Assembly (NCBI RefSeq): GCF_009914755.1 | Contig: NC_060929.1 | DNA: 64,000 nucleotides | From: the human T2T-CHM13v2.0 reference genome, Homo sapiens | Strand: one strand, 5' to 3' | In this document: positions 34,800-48,160 of the stretch, piece by piece | Layout: every line of letters begins with the position of its first letter | How positions within the stretch are numbered: the stretch's first letter is position 1 | Notes under the pieces: generated by a model | Seen by the model: the letters and a program-made list of their open reading frames with translations, nothing else | The model's database searches: none | Told to the model about the DNA's origin: nothing | Position numbers and translations under genes: made by a program

Positions 34800-34896
34800 C
34801 CCACTTGCAGCCCACAAGCACAGGGCAGGCAGCATGTCTTGTTCGGTAGTCACCTTCCCCGCTCCGCAAGAGGTTGTACCAGAACACAGCTGTACC
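34800..34896 (-). CDS. P4HA2: P4HA2 exon 14 (GTAVFWYNLLRSGEGDYRTRHAACPVLVGCKW)
   Basis: 97 nt, cag| and |gtgagt; contains the distal Fe-binding His. Confidence 0.97.
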
Positions 34897-35285
34897 CTGG
34901 GAAAGAGATGGCCTTTCAGAACACATTCTTAAGAGACTGTGCTCAGGGACCTGACTGCAAGCATCACAGAAGCTCTGCCCTGAGCAGAAACACCCTCATT
35001 TTCCCATGGACAGGGGATAGGGCTCTGGGACTCCAGCAACAGAGACATTTCCCAGAAAGCACCTACCTTTCTGAGGTAGAAGTCTGGGAACTCACCCGCC
35101 CCTGAAGGGACTTCCCTCCCTGTCCTTTCTTCACAGGGAGAAGCTGGGCTACCAGGTCAGACCCCAGGTGGGCTAAGGCACATCACAGTGACAATCAGGC
35201 AGGCCAGGTAATGGTACTGGGGGACATGGACAAAGTAAAGTCTGAGCCTTGCTTCAACCTCTGACCCACAAGAATCAGAACTTAC

Positions 35286-35354
35286 CTTCTTAGGCCAAAT
35301 TGCAGCCCCCAGATCAGGGAAGACGGTGGCACCACCAGCTTCTACATCACTCAT
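35286..35354 (-). CDS. P4HA2: P4HA2 exon 13 (MSDVEAGGATVFPDLGAAIWPKK)
   Basis: 69 nt, cag| and |gtaagt. Confidence 0.97.
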
Positions 35355-36346
35355 CTGGAAATATAAGACATAGAGCTTGACCCTCCTACCCAAGGCTCTC
35401 AGAGCAATTGAGCCACAAAGGACATGACAAGGTATATAGATTGCCCTCCTCTCAGCATGAGTGACACTACTTGGTGTCTGCTCCATGGCCAGCCCTTTAG
35501 CCAAGAAAGGCTCTTCCCATGCCTACTTAACCAGTGTGATTCATTAGAACAGTCTCCATGTCATGAGTGTTCAAGAGTTGAGGCCCACAGGAGACCCACA
35601 TCCGGGCTGTCCCTGGATGAAAATAATCTGAGTCTGTACTCAGAAAATGCCTGTTCTGACCCCACCCTTTGAATCCCCATCTAGCCTTGGCCTTGCCTAA
35701 GCCACTGTACTCTGCAAAGTGCCCTGACCAGGAGCTCTGTACTGTTTCCAACACCATGTGCAGTCCCCACTGCAGCTCTGTTTCTCTGGCTCTAGTAGTT
35801 TGCTGCTCTAGTCAGACCTTCACCTTCCCAGAGTAGCCACCCTTCCTGGGGCCAACTGAGTGGAAGGGTGGGGCACTGTGTCTCTAGAGGCCCTGCTTTC
35901 TCCTATGGTAAGGCCTTAAACTACATTGAACACAAGTTCCACACTAGCAAGGCTGTACTCATGCCCACAGAGCATGCCTTGACTCATGGCCAAAGCACTA
36001 CTTCTTTCCCATCTGGCTCTCTTACTTTTTTTGTCCATAATTTAATAAAAATTGGAGGTAAAAAATATTTCCACAGGACACATACCAGACTCACTGAAGG
36101 GTACTTGACAGACATATGGTAAATGAATAAGACAAAAGCTCTGATGGCTTCTCACAGCCCTGTGGATCAAACTCAGATTCTTTTCTAGAACCCCAAGGCC
36201 CTGTCAGTCTCACTAGCCTCTCTCCAGACACACCAGCCTTTTTCTACCTTTCCAACATCCCAAGTTCCTTTTCTCTTACAGGACTACATACACTCTCTCT
36301 TCTGCCAGAAACCATGTTCTACCAGCTAATTTCCACTCAACTTTTA

Positions 36347-36964
<618 letters not shown>

Positions 36965-37087
36965 TCAGCAGAGGGGAGAGGAAACTGCTCCTCATGTGAA
37001 AGATAAACCCTACAACCTATGGATAAAACAGAGGCAAGAGGTGGGAATCAGGCCATTAAGCCTTGGAGAACACAAAGGCAGCTCTCA

Positions 37088-37845
<758 letters not shown>

Positions 37846-38079
37846 ACACTGGGGAAAAAAATAGGAGCCAGGAATGTTAAAGTCCTGCTGGTGGCAGTGG
37901 GGAAAATGAATAGAAACAGAGGCCAACTCTCCCTACTGCAGCCAAGAAGGGTGCTGAGAGCCAGAAGGACCTGACCATTACTTAACAGCAGATGAGATCA
38001 GCCCTGATGGGGGTGGGATATAAGGCAGCCCTCTGGACCCAGGGTCCCCTTAGGGCTCATCAGCACACATCATACTCAC

Positions 38080-38145
38080 GTAGTTTAAGAAAGTAGCCAC
38101 ACGATTCCCCGTCCCTAAATGCTTGAAAGTATCTCGCTCATCATT
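38080..38145 (-). CDS. P4HA2: P4HA2 alternative exon 12b (NDERDTFKHLGTGNRVATFLNY)
   Basis: 66 nt, tag| and |gtgagt, phase 0-0. Confidence 0.95.
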
Positions 38146-38194
38146 CTACAAAATTAAGTGAGAATGAACAGGTGGGCCTGGACCCAGTACTTAC

Positions 38195-38254
38195 GTAGTT
38201 AAGAAACGTCGCTAACCTATTCCCCTCTGTTTTGAGGCCGCTGTCAAAAGGTCG
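38195..38254 (-). CDS. P4HA2: P4HA2 alternative exon 12a (RPFDSGLKTEGNRLATFLNY)
   Basis: 60 nt, cag| and |gtaagt, phase 0-0; paralogous to 12b. Confidence 0.95.
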
Positions 38255-38752
38255 CTGCAACAGACAACAACTTTCACCCAAGTTTACAACAGGCTTCATC
38301 CACCACCCACAAGACTAGGACCAAAAGGGTCAGGGAAAAGTAATAAGTGTGTGTTCCATAAATCAGCCTGGAATATGTGCCAAAGCTGCAAAGTAAATTC
38401 TGGCTAGGGCATGGAGTAGACGGGGAAGAGGAAAAGGGACAAGAACAGTTTTCACAAAGACCTAGTGAGGCTCTTTGCTTTAGAATCAGGGCAAAGGGTG
38501 ACAGAATTAGGGCAGGGGACGAACGCCCCACATCTACAGGGGAGACAGCCAGGCTCCACTGCATTCTGCAGGACCCTTGGTTCCAGATTTGGGATTCACC
38601 AGTAACGAAGAGTTTCCCCTGGTGATGCAGAGGTGGAGGGAGGACAAGGGGTGGGGGTACTGATGTGGAGGCTGAAATGCTCCTAGAAGCTCCACCCTTC
38701 TCAAATCAGCTAGAGCAGGGCCCTTTGAAAGCACCTGTGATTTAGGCCTTAC

Positions 38753-38806
38753 CCTAGAGAAGTCGAAGTGCGGTTCATACTGTCCTCCCACTCCATAATT
38801 TGCAAC
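38753..38806 (-). CDS. P4HA2: P4HA2 exon 11 (VANYGVGGQYEPHFDFSR)
   Basis: 54 nt; contains the HxD Fe(II)-binding motif. Confidence 0.97.
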
Positions 38807-39792
38807 CTGTGGGAAATAACAGCATTAGACCTTGTAAGCAGCATGAACAGCTCTGTAGCAGCCAATCACTCTAGGGATACCATCTTCCCAGGCCTGAAAA
38901 CAACCAGAACTCCCAAGAGCAGCCTCTCTAAGGTGGAAGACAACCATGCCCTGGCAGCACAGGCAGAGCAAACATCACAAACAAGTCTACAGTTCTGTCC
39001 AAGAGTAAGGCTGCGGCACAAATGTGGTTTCCCAAACAAAACAAGATGGGTGAACTGCATATGATCACTGAGGAAAAGCACCAGCCCTTCATGGACACTC
39101 AGACAGCAGCAAAGGGAACACTGCTTGAGGCGGGCCCTGGCCTGGACCCAGTTTGTTTGGGACATATTAAGAAAGTAATCCAGAGGAAAGTGAGTAACAA
39201 ATTTAAGACGAGGATTTTCTTTTTTAAACTAGTTTTGGAGGTACTCAGCACCTGGCACTGTTCCTACCACCTCTGCTATTCCTGGTGAGACTGAGTGGGG
39301 CAGACTCCCACAGTGGTCTACTGCATGGAGTGAAACAGCACAACATGGGTGGCCAGCTGCCAGGCAGTCAAGAATTACCGTGCTACATCAGCAACCCCAG
39401 TGTGACCCTGGACCTGAAGTAACATCTGAGCAACTACCAGGTGTCATAAATTGGATTAGAAATTGTAAATGCCTTTGTGGACAGCTTATCAGCACAATGG
39501 GAAGTCCTAAATCACAATTATTGTCTCAGCGTCAGTAGACAGAATGAGAGACAAGGTTAAAGATGAAGCACAGAATCTGACATGGAAGCTGATGGATCAA
39601 GTAGCACCACCAATGTCCATCTGGGAACAGTTGGCTATTGTGTCTCACTGAAAACATAAAAACCTCTGGGGCTAGGCCATAAGTTCTCAGAAAGTTGGTA
39701 TTTTTTGTATATCCTTTTCTGCAATCCCAACAGTCAGGTGAGAGATGCTACAAAACTAGCAATAACAGAGACCTATAAAAACGTGGGACAGA

Positions 39793-40100
39793 AGCCAGGC
39801 GTGTTGGCTCACGCCTGTAATCCCAGCACTTTGGGAGGCTGAAGTGAGAGGACTGCTTGAGCTCAGAAGTTTGAGACCAGCCTGGGCAACATAGCAAGAC
39901 CCCATCTGTCTCTACTAATGAAAAAATTAGCTGGGCACAGTGGCGTGCACCTGTAGTCCCAGCTACTCAGGAAGCTGAGGCAGGAGGATTGCTTGAGCAC
40001 AGGAGTTCAAGGTTGCACTGAGCTATGACTGTGCCACTGCACTCCAGCCTGGGCAACAGAGTGAGACCCTGTTTCACATACACACAAAAAAAGAAATGCA
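39793..40100 (+). mobile_element. AluJ inserted in the CLASP2 retrocopy
   Basis: Diverged dimeric Alu; CLASP2-like sequence resumes after it. Confidence 0.9.
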
Positions 40101-40414
40101 AGAAAGAAAGGGACAGTGGACTTTATAAGAGATGAAATCCTCTTATTAGAGCACAAAATGTTGGCAGTATCATTTTCCATGTCTACAAAAATAAAAATTT
40201 TAATACAAAGCATGGATGAAAACATGTTGTCATCCATTGCTTCAGCCTTTAAGATTCCTGTACCAAAAATACCTGGAAATCCTGTCAACAGCACAAGGAA
40301 GCCTGGTTCAGCAGGTGGCCCTAAGGCTGGAGATGCATCTAAGGAGAGAAGTGCCAGAGCAGCTGAGAAAGCATATCTCTTTTTGTAGTCAAGAGCTTGA
40401 AGAAAATTTTTTTC

Positions 40415-40559
40415 TCTCTCCTTTTTTTTGGGGGGAGTGGGGGTAGAGACAGAGTCTCACTATGTTGCCCAGACTGGTCTCAAACTCCTGGCTTCGAGCA
40501 ATCCTCCTGCCTTGGTCTCCCCAAGTACTGAGTTACAGATGTAAGCCACGACACCTGGC
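40415..40559 (-). mobile_element. Alu monomer (FLAM-like) inserted in the CLASP2 retrocopy
   Basis: GAAGAAAATTTT duplicated on both flanks. Confidence 0.8.
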
Positions 40560-42744
40560 ATGGAAGAAAATTTTAAACACAACTGTGACTGCTGTGCAGG
40601 TACACTCAGGAAAATTCAATTAGTGCTTGTTGCTGGAGCTGCAAAGTATGACTGCATTTTCCAATACTTCCACTTGTTAAATGGATTGCTTAAATTTACA
40701 AATCCCAGGCAGTGAAAGAAGCTGCATTGCGAGAGCTGGCTCATCTTTTAGGTTTGGAGAATTATATTTGATTATGGTTCTGAAGCCACCGTACCTACTT
40801 TCTTTAATACAGTTCCCAAATAAGTACAAAATGCATAGGACCATCTAGATTTGCAGCAGTAAGATTCCCTATCCAGGCATACTCAAGTCCCCAGGCTCAC
40901 GCCTTTAATAACAAGAAACTGTACGTCAAGACCGATTCATGTGAGGAGGTATTCACTTAAATCTTTAGACTTACTATTGTAAGAGTGGGGTCAGTTATTT
41001 GAAAGATGTGGGTATTTACAATGCTAAGGACAGAGTAAAGGCAAAATTAAAAAGGTCAGAAATCACTTTTCTGGTGAGGCTGAGACATCATGCAGCCAAA
41101 GTCTTCAATCTTTAGAATCCTAGAGGTGTAGCATCTCTTCCTCTCTATCAGATAAGCCCTCATCCAATTCACCAGAAAGCCTCAATTACCTTTTTCCTTC
41201 AAATGATCTACAGCAAACATGTGAGCTACAGCTGAAAGAATGTCAACAGATAGAAGAACCAGCTCCTTTCCAGAGGCCTGCAGCATTTCCTAAAGGACCT
41301 GGTGTGAGGGCTGTTGCTGGTGCCTAGGCATGTATCATACCACAAGCATTTCATATGGAGTAAGCACTTAGGGATACATGCTGAAACCCAGGTTCCTGTT
41401 CCCCAGACCATGAAGGATCAAAGCCTTCAATACCACTGACTGGCAAAGGAAATGTCGAGACAGTTCCTAGGAGAAGAATACAAACAAAAATGGCATCTCA
41501 ACCACTTGGCAGCTGTGGTCTGAATTTCCAGAAGATCCTTAACTATAAGAGCCCCTCTACCAAGAGGTCTGGCATTCGGGCCCCAGACAATTGAGCTACA
41601 ACACAATGAGAGGCCAGACAAGATAAAGGCTGAATTGTAGCAGAGAAGTCAGTCCATAGGCAAGAAGCTGCTATCTTCCACGGGTGAGTGTAAGACAGGG
41701 ATACAGTGAGTACAGCCGCACAGCTAGCCAGGAAAGCAACAGAGCCACAGGTCCTGTCTACTCAGCCTCTTGGTCCAGGGTATGAAATCAGCCAAGCAGA
41801 CTGTGGTCTTTGATCAGGACCATGAAAGTCCTGAAGACTGGCTCTAACACAGAGGAAGCAGTGGCAGATGTCTTTAAAAACAAAAACAAAAACCTGCTCC
41901 AAGAAGATATGAATCAAGACAATGCCAACAGGGACTCATCTAGCACATCAAGAGTGCCTATCACTCTTGAAATGGTGGTGCTCTTACACATACGCAGCAA
42001 GTGGGAGATGAGGCAGAAGTCCTCCATGGATGTGCTTATCTGCAGAATTTATTTAAAAATTACAAAACACTAAGTTGAGCTGAACTGAAAAAAAAATTAA
42101 AATTTCACAGTACTATTTGCAAGGTAATCAGTATGCTTTTTAAAACTCTGGTAGACTTCACACCAATCCATAAAGATGACCTTCAAAATTGATTTTCCAA
42201 TTGCTGATGCAGCTACACAGAAAAAACAACAAAAAGAAGGCTGATTTGCTTAGGCGTGTCCAAGCAAAAGTTCAAAAAATCTTTTCCAAATGATCTTTAA
42301 TCAATATTCTAATGAGATCTATGGTAGATCAGACCCAAATGCCAATCCTAAAGGTAAAGGCTGCTATCTTTAAGTATACAGAAACTTTGGCCAAACAGAG
42401 AGACCCAGAGGCCTCTAGAAAGATGCCAGTGAAACTTCTCTGATGGTGTCTCAGGTCATCAATTTTACAACAGAACACAGAAGTTCCAATATTTATAAGG
42501 GAACATAGCCAGTGCTGATTTGGACTCAATACCCAAGAGGACACTTTACTAAGCTTTACCCAAGAGGATACTTTAATAAGGAGCTTTACCCAAAACCTTT
42601 CAGCAGGGTGCTGCCACATTTCTTCAAAATCACCTCTGAATAAAGGCAGGAAGCCAGGGTCCCAGTGGGAGTACTTGGACAAGAACATTCCACCTGCACC
42701 AGCTTAACCAGTCCAGGCCTCTCACTTCCACCTACATATCACAG

Positions 42745-43221
42745 TGTAAGGTCCCCCAGACCCACCCCGCCTTTCTTTCTTTGTTCTGACTGAAAATCAG
42801 ACTCCCTTGACAGCTCTGTGACCCAGCCAGCTGCAGGTTTTTCCCTTCAGGCTGGAACACAAGCTGGAGTCTTCAACATTCCCAGGCACTGATGAAGGTG
42901 TTTAGGTTGTTGCCCATAACACTGAAAGAAACTAGCCCCAGCCCTGAACCAAATTCCCTAAACCCTCAAATAAACTCCACACTCTGACTCCCTCACTGTG
43001 GAAATACTTAGGTAAAACAATTCTTGTCTCTTGCTGTCCATTTTGAGGATTGCTGCAGCCCACTCTGCAAGTTCCCTAATAAATGCTGTGGACTGAAGAC
43101 CCAGGGGTTTAGTGCCGCTTTCTTTGAATTCTCAACTGACCCCATCTTGGCAGTCCCTCATGGGAAGTCCCCTGCTGCTGCTTTTGGAGCAACTTCAGTT
43201 GTGGTTCAGCAGGAGAAAACA
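42745..43221 (+). mobile_element. Solo ERVL-class LTR (MER54/MER73-like) inserted in the CLASP2 retrocopy
   Basis: TG...CA termini, 5-bp TSD CACAG at 42740-42744 and 43222-43226, AATAAA at 43078. Confidence 0.8.
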
Positions 43222-43621
43222 CACAGAATACTTTGACCTTCAAATGTATTTGATTATGACACAGAACCATGGCCTCTGAAGTCATTTTTAGCTCTCTTAG
43301 AGATGTCCCTGAGACCATTCAGGATTTGAGCTTCTGTTGTCAAGAAGACATGAACGAACCTACCATAACTACCCCTGATCCCTAGCTTGCAGCACACTTG
43401 GGCACACAGCAGATGCTCAATAGATATTTGTTGAACACTAATTGTTGAAAGCCAGCAGGCATGATTAATTCTGGTTTCCTAAAATGAGATCACTCCATAT
43501 TCATAGCATCAGGCAGTAGTCATACAGTTGGGCCTCTTGGCCCAGTTCTGGACACCCTGTGAGACCATCTAGCCACAAATACCCACTTCCCAACTCCTAC
43601 AGTCCCAGGTACTATCTGTAC

Positions 43622-43721
43622 CTGTAACAATTCTGCAGTCTTTACTGTTAACCCTGTGATATGCTGCATCCGACGATTTACTCGGGCCACAACAGGGTCA
43701 TCATCTTCCTCTAGCCAGGAG
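43622..43721 (-). CDS. P4HA2: P4HA2 exon 10 ((S)SWLEEDDDPVVARVNRRMQHITGLTVKTAELLQ)
   Basis: 100 nt, cag| and |gtacag. Confidence 0.97.
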
Positions 43722-43955
43722 CTGGGCAAAAAGAAAAGGGCAGAGAAAAGAAGACGGAAGGGCAGGCTTCCATGAGGTCCTGAACTCTGTCCCCAGAGTC
43801 AGGGCCAGCATGAACAGGCAGTACAGGATGCCTGCTGCAAGGGGGTGAGGAGGTGCCAGCAGGCAGGAAAAGGCAAGCCACCCATCCCTAGGGTAGGCAC
43901 TGAGAAGTCCTGAAGTTGGGGCTTGAGCAGCTACGAACCCCTGCTCTTTGCTTAC

Positions 43956-44026
43956 CTTTTGGAAACCCGGTAGCTGGCGACAGTGAGGACTCCTGTCTTG
44001 GGATCACGAACGGTGGCTCGTGCAAG
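43956..44026 (-). CDS. P4HA2: P4HA2 exon 9 (LARATVRDPKTGVLTVASYRVSK)
   Basis: 71 nt, tag| and |gtaagc. Confidence 0.97.
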
Positions 44027-44904
44027 CTAGAAGGAAGGAGGAGAGGGAAGACTTGATTTGTTTGTTTGTTTGTTTTGCCTTGAATATTTTCCCAGAGAGC
44101 ACTGGGACCAGATTTACTGCCATGCTAGTGGAGGAAGCTTTGCAGCCAATGGCTCTAGCCAAGGCCCCAAGATCCTGCAGGCCAGTTGAGGGCAAGAGTC
44201 TGAGGCCTCCACATTCCCAATCCGCAATCAGTTCCTGGCTATTGCCCTGCTCGGTCACTGCTCATCCCTTCTCCTCCCCAGGTCCGCTTTGCCTGCAGAA
44301 TTATGCCTGCCTTGTCTACCCATGCATCTGCCTGACTAGCCCCTTTCCTTGCCAGGCCCACATACCACCCCTGCCTGAGCACAGCCTGCCTGAGCTTAGC
44401 TACTCCCACCATTTTCAGACTGTGCCACCATGCCTGAGCCTCCGCCTTATGTACTTCTCTCAATTGAGTCAAGTTCCACCATCCTTCCGAACCTCAGTGG
44501 GCTCCTCTGCCAAGAAACCCATCCAAACACTCTCCTGCTGCACCACCTCACACTGGGTTCCCACAGCCTCAAGAAGCAAAGACAGATGGCACAGTTTTCG
44601 CTCCCTTGGGATCCTTACAAGTCAGATGATAAAACCAGGAAAAGATTCTGTAAGTTAAAATAAGTGAACCACTGCCTGGAAGCCACCCACTCATACAGGT
44701 ACACACTACACATGCACTCCCTGCATCTACTTCATCTCCCCCAGCCTCCACAGTTAGGCTTAGTGAAACCCCAAGGGGGACTCGCCGCCCAGAGCCAGCC
44801 AACATGGCAAAGGTCCATGTGCTTCAGCTGTGGACTGTCCTCATGACCTCACATGGGTGGGGCCATAGGCCCAGGTACTCCCACCCCAACACACTTCCCC
44901 TTGA

Positions 44905-45545
44905 TTTCAATAAATATTGATGAGTGCCTACTTTGTGCCTGGCACTATGCTAGGTAACTGAGACATGGCCCCTGCACTCTTACAACTCAGTCAAGTGGGG
45001 AAAGCAGAAAACCAGTCAGGTAACTGCAGCACAGCATGGGTGAACTTACCATCCTGTGGAAGCTTAGGGTATAGTGTCAAGAATAGCTTCCTAGGGGAGG
45101 AGACCACCTAGCTGAGGCCTGAAGGGTTAACATGAGTTATCCAAGTAGAGGAACATTACAGGAACAGGGAAAGAGCAGCAATCCAGAGGCCTGGGAATGA
45201 AAATGGGTGTTGCAGTAGGTGTGGATTAAAGGTTATGGGAAGTAGTAAGAGAGAACAGGCTGAAGAGACAAGCAGGGGCTAGGAACTAGATGCAACCTTG
45301 TGGCCAACGAGAAATGGGGAAGGCTTTATGCAGGGGAGGGACACTCAAAATGTGAATGTAAAATGGATCACTGTGAATACCTCATGGAGAGTTGACTAAT
45401 GAGGGGCCAGAGTGGGGACTGGGAGGCTAGTGAGGCCACGACAGAGGTCAGGGCAAGAGATGATGGTGGCCCGGGCCAGGTGGTGGCAGAAGGGATGGAG
45501 AGGAGTAGATGGACCAGAAGGCTAGTAAGGGGGTGAGATGGACCA
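44905..45545 (-). mobile_element. L2 fragment
   Basis: TTCAATAAATATTGATGAGTGCCTACTTTGTGCCTGGCAC 3'-end signature. Confidence 0.7.
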
Positions 45546-47581
45546 ACTTGGACACTGTGCTGCTATGGCATGATCTGGTAAGATGGCCAGCACAAGCAGG
45601 ACAGACGGCTCCCAAGCTCCTACTCATGGCCCTTCCTGAGCTTCAGCTCATGTCAGTCCCTCCCTGAAAACTGCAGCCACAGCCAGACCCCATCCAAACA
45701 TCTGTGCCTCAGCATTGGCCTGACACCCACAAAGAGGCTCTGAGCAGCTGTGCTCTGCCCCAGGGGAAGCACAGGGCTATTTTGAAAGCAGGCCAGAGAC
45801 CCCACAGACAGCTGCCAGGCATTCCCCACAGGCCAAGTTAAGCTCATTGGCTCTACTTCAAAGCCAGAATAGCATCTGTCCCTCACAGTCTCCGGAAAGG
45901 AGGGGTCAGCTTATCTTTGAATAGAAGCCATGTTAAGAGCCAAACATGTTTGCCAACCTTGTTTGGCTCTTTGCATGGCTTCTATTCAAATATATCTTTT
46001 CCTAACACTACCCTCTGGCCAGCCACACACATGTGTACACATATGCACACATGCACAGAGAAATGTTCTCAGTGTCTGGAACTGAAGAACGGGTAAGAAA
46101 TCTCTCAGGAAATCCTGGCACAACCAACAAAGTAGTTTTCTTTCCTGGAGGACTCTGGAGCTGAGTAGAAAGGGGAGTCCTAGTCCCCATTCTCCATATA
46201 TCTGGCTAGCCCCCTTCCTCAGCCACATCGATGATGCCAACCACTGACTCAAAGCCCTAGATGTCCTAGTACCTCAAGCCAAAGCTGTTCCAAGATGAGG
46301 TCCAGGGGCCAGGATAGGAACCTATTTCAGGTCTCTCCATGAGTGTCGGGCCTCCTGGTCACCTCGGCCCCTACAATTCTATTAGGAGCAGAGCAATAGA
46401 GAATCGAGCTAAATCCTCCCTCCCAATCATCAGTGATGGGATATGGCAGCAAATAGGTCTCTTTGAAAGATGTCAAATGGGGAACAAATCTTTTATGAAC
46501 TAGAAACAGAAGAATAATTTTAAAACATGGCATATATACAAAACCAACAGCCAACTGCATTCTTAGCAGTAAAATACCATAGGAATTTCCAGGAAATTCA
46601 GGAATGAGACAAGGATGCCTATTCTACGTAATTATGCTCTAGAAGTTCTGGGCAATTCAATAAGGTTATAAAAACAAAGGAACTACAAGTATCAGGAGAA
46701 AATAAAATTTTCCTTATTTCCAGGTGTTAATGCTATCCAGGCAACCAAAGAGAAATCAGCTAAAAACCAAAAAAGAAATAAGTAAATTCAACCACTAGCT
46801 GCAATCTGTATGAGTTTGCTTTTTCATAGGTAAAACAGAGACAGTGACATCATTATGAGCAGCTGTTCATAACTGTGACATAACACTTAATATATATGTT
46901 AAGCACTTAGAAGTTCCTGCCACAGTTAAGAATTCAGTAAACATTAGCTCTTACTATGAAATGTATTTGTAAAATCAATAGTTTGGCATATAATAGTAAA
47001 CTAATAAAATAATGTAACCAGTTAAAAATAATAATGAAGAAATAAAGTAAATTAACAGTAACAAAGAAACTACCAAGGAATAAACTTAAGAAATGTTCAA
47101 GGCTTATATGAAGAAAACTTAAAAAGATATGGAGAGACCTGTCATGCCCTTGGATGAGAAGACCCAATATTATAAAGATATACATTCTCCTCTAAGTCAT
47201 TCACCTCATTTACAGTCCTAATCAGGAGCTCCACAGGACCCAGCTTCATAGCATCCTATGGAACATTTCCAAAAAACTCACCCACGCACCAGTCTCCCAA
47301 CCAGGTGAACTGACACACCAGTGTAGACCTGCCCTGTTCCCAGCGTGACCTTCTATGATAGCACTTGGCTGTCCACATTGGTTACCCTGTTCTTCTTCCA
47401 CTGGACCATGAACTCACAAGGTCAGGCTGAGTCTGAAGCATCTCTGTATCCCCACGGTAGGCCCATGCTAGATATGGATAAAGGGTGGCTAGATGGGCAA
47501 ACCAACCACCCATAGTGCTAGGGATGAGAAAAAGGACCTTCCCCCTTCAGTGACCCGAGAAGGACCTACAGTGACACCTAC

Positions 47582-47758
47582 TTTAGGTTTTGCGATCTCC
47601 TTGATCCTCTCGATTTCCTCATCAGACATGACATCGTAGTACCTGACGATGTGCGGGCTGTCCCACTCGTCCTCCTCTTTGAAGGGGGCAATGAGCAGCT
47701 GTGGGGCCCTGTTGCCATGGTGGTACCTACAGAAAAGCCTCTTCTGTCTACGGGGTGT
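47582..47758 (-). CDS. P4HA2: P4HA2 exon 8 (TPRRQKRLFCRY...IKEIAKPK)
   Basis: 177 nt, cag| and |gtaggt. Confidence 0.96.
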
Positions 47759-47900
47759 CTGGAAAGCACAGAGTAACAGGCCCTGAGCTGAGTGAGTCCT
47801 AATCCTCGGTCCCAGTCTGGCTGTCTGCAGACACTGGACTCACCTCATGGCCAGCAGCTGCTCCCTCCCACCACACCACAGAAGAAAACAAAAGTCCCAG

Positions 47901-48160
47901 CAGGTGGGCATGCACAGTGGCTCATGCCTGTAATCCGAGAACTCTGGGGGGCCAAAGGATAGCTTGAGACCAGGAGTTTGGGACCAGCCTAGATGACATA
48001 GACCTGTCTCTAAAAAATTAGCCAGGCATGATGGTGCATACCTGTAGTCCCAGCTACTCAGGAGACTGAGGCAGGAGGATTGCTCAAGGCTGGGAGGTCA
48101 AAGCTGCAGTGAGCTATGATTATACCACTGCACACCAGCCTGGGCGACAGGGTGAGACGA
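47901..48160 (+). mobile_element. AluJ
   Basis: Diverged, internally deleted Alu. Confidence 0.85.

Larger units (their letters stand above)
39325..43361 (+). pseudogene. Ancient processed pseudogene of CLASP2 (long TOG1-containing form), inside P4HA2 intron 10
   Basis: Colinear, intronless peptides match my recalled CLASP2 sequence: DKVKDEAQNLTWKLMDQVAPPMSIWEQLA (39550-39636), ASAFKIPVPKIPGNPVNSTRKPGSAGGPK (ORF 40116), LVAGAAKYDCIFQ (40626), MKVLKTGSNTEEAVAD (ORF 41810), NILMRSMVDQTQMPILKVKAAIFKYTETLAKQRDP (42303-42407), GALPKTFQ, and IFSSLRDVPETIQDLSFCCQEDMNEP (to 43361). Many stops and frameshifts. Confidence 0.9.

Noticed and set aside
42530-42592. ~28-bp tandem duplication (TACCCAAGAGGA...)
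   Set aside because: A local slippage duplication within the decayed CLASP2 retrocopy, not a separate element.
39325-43361. CLASP2 copy as a functional retrogene
   Set aside because: Many stops, frameshifts, deletions and three TE insertions; the longest ORFs are only about 90 aa.
44020-44658. 212-aa ORF antisense to P4HA2 intron 8
   Set aside because: Non-ATG start in GC-rich intron; no homology that I recognise.
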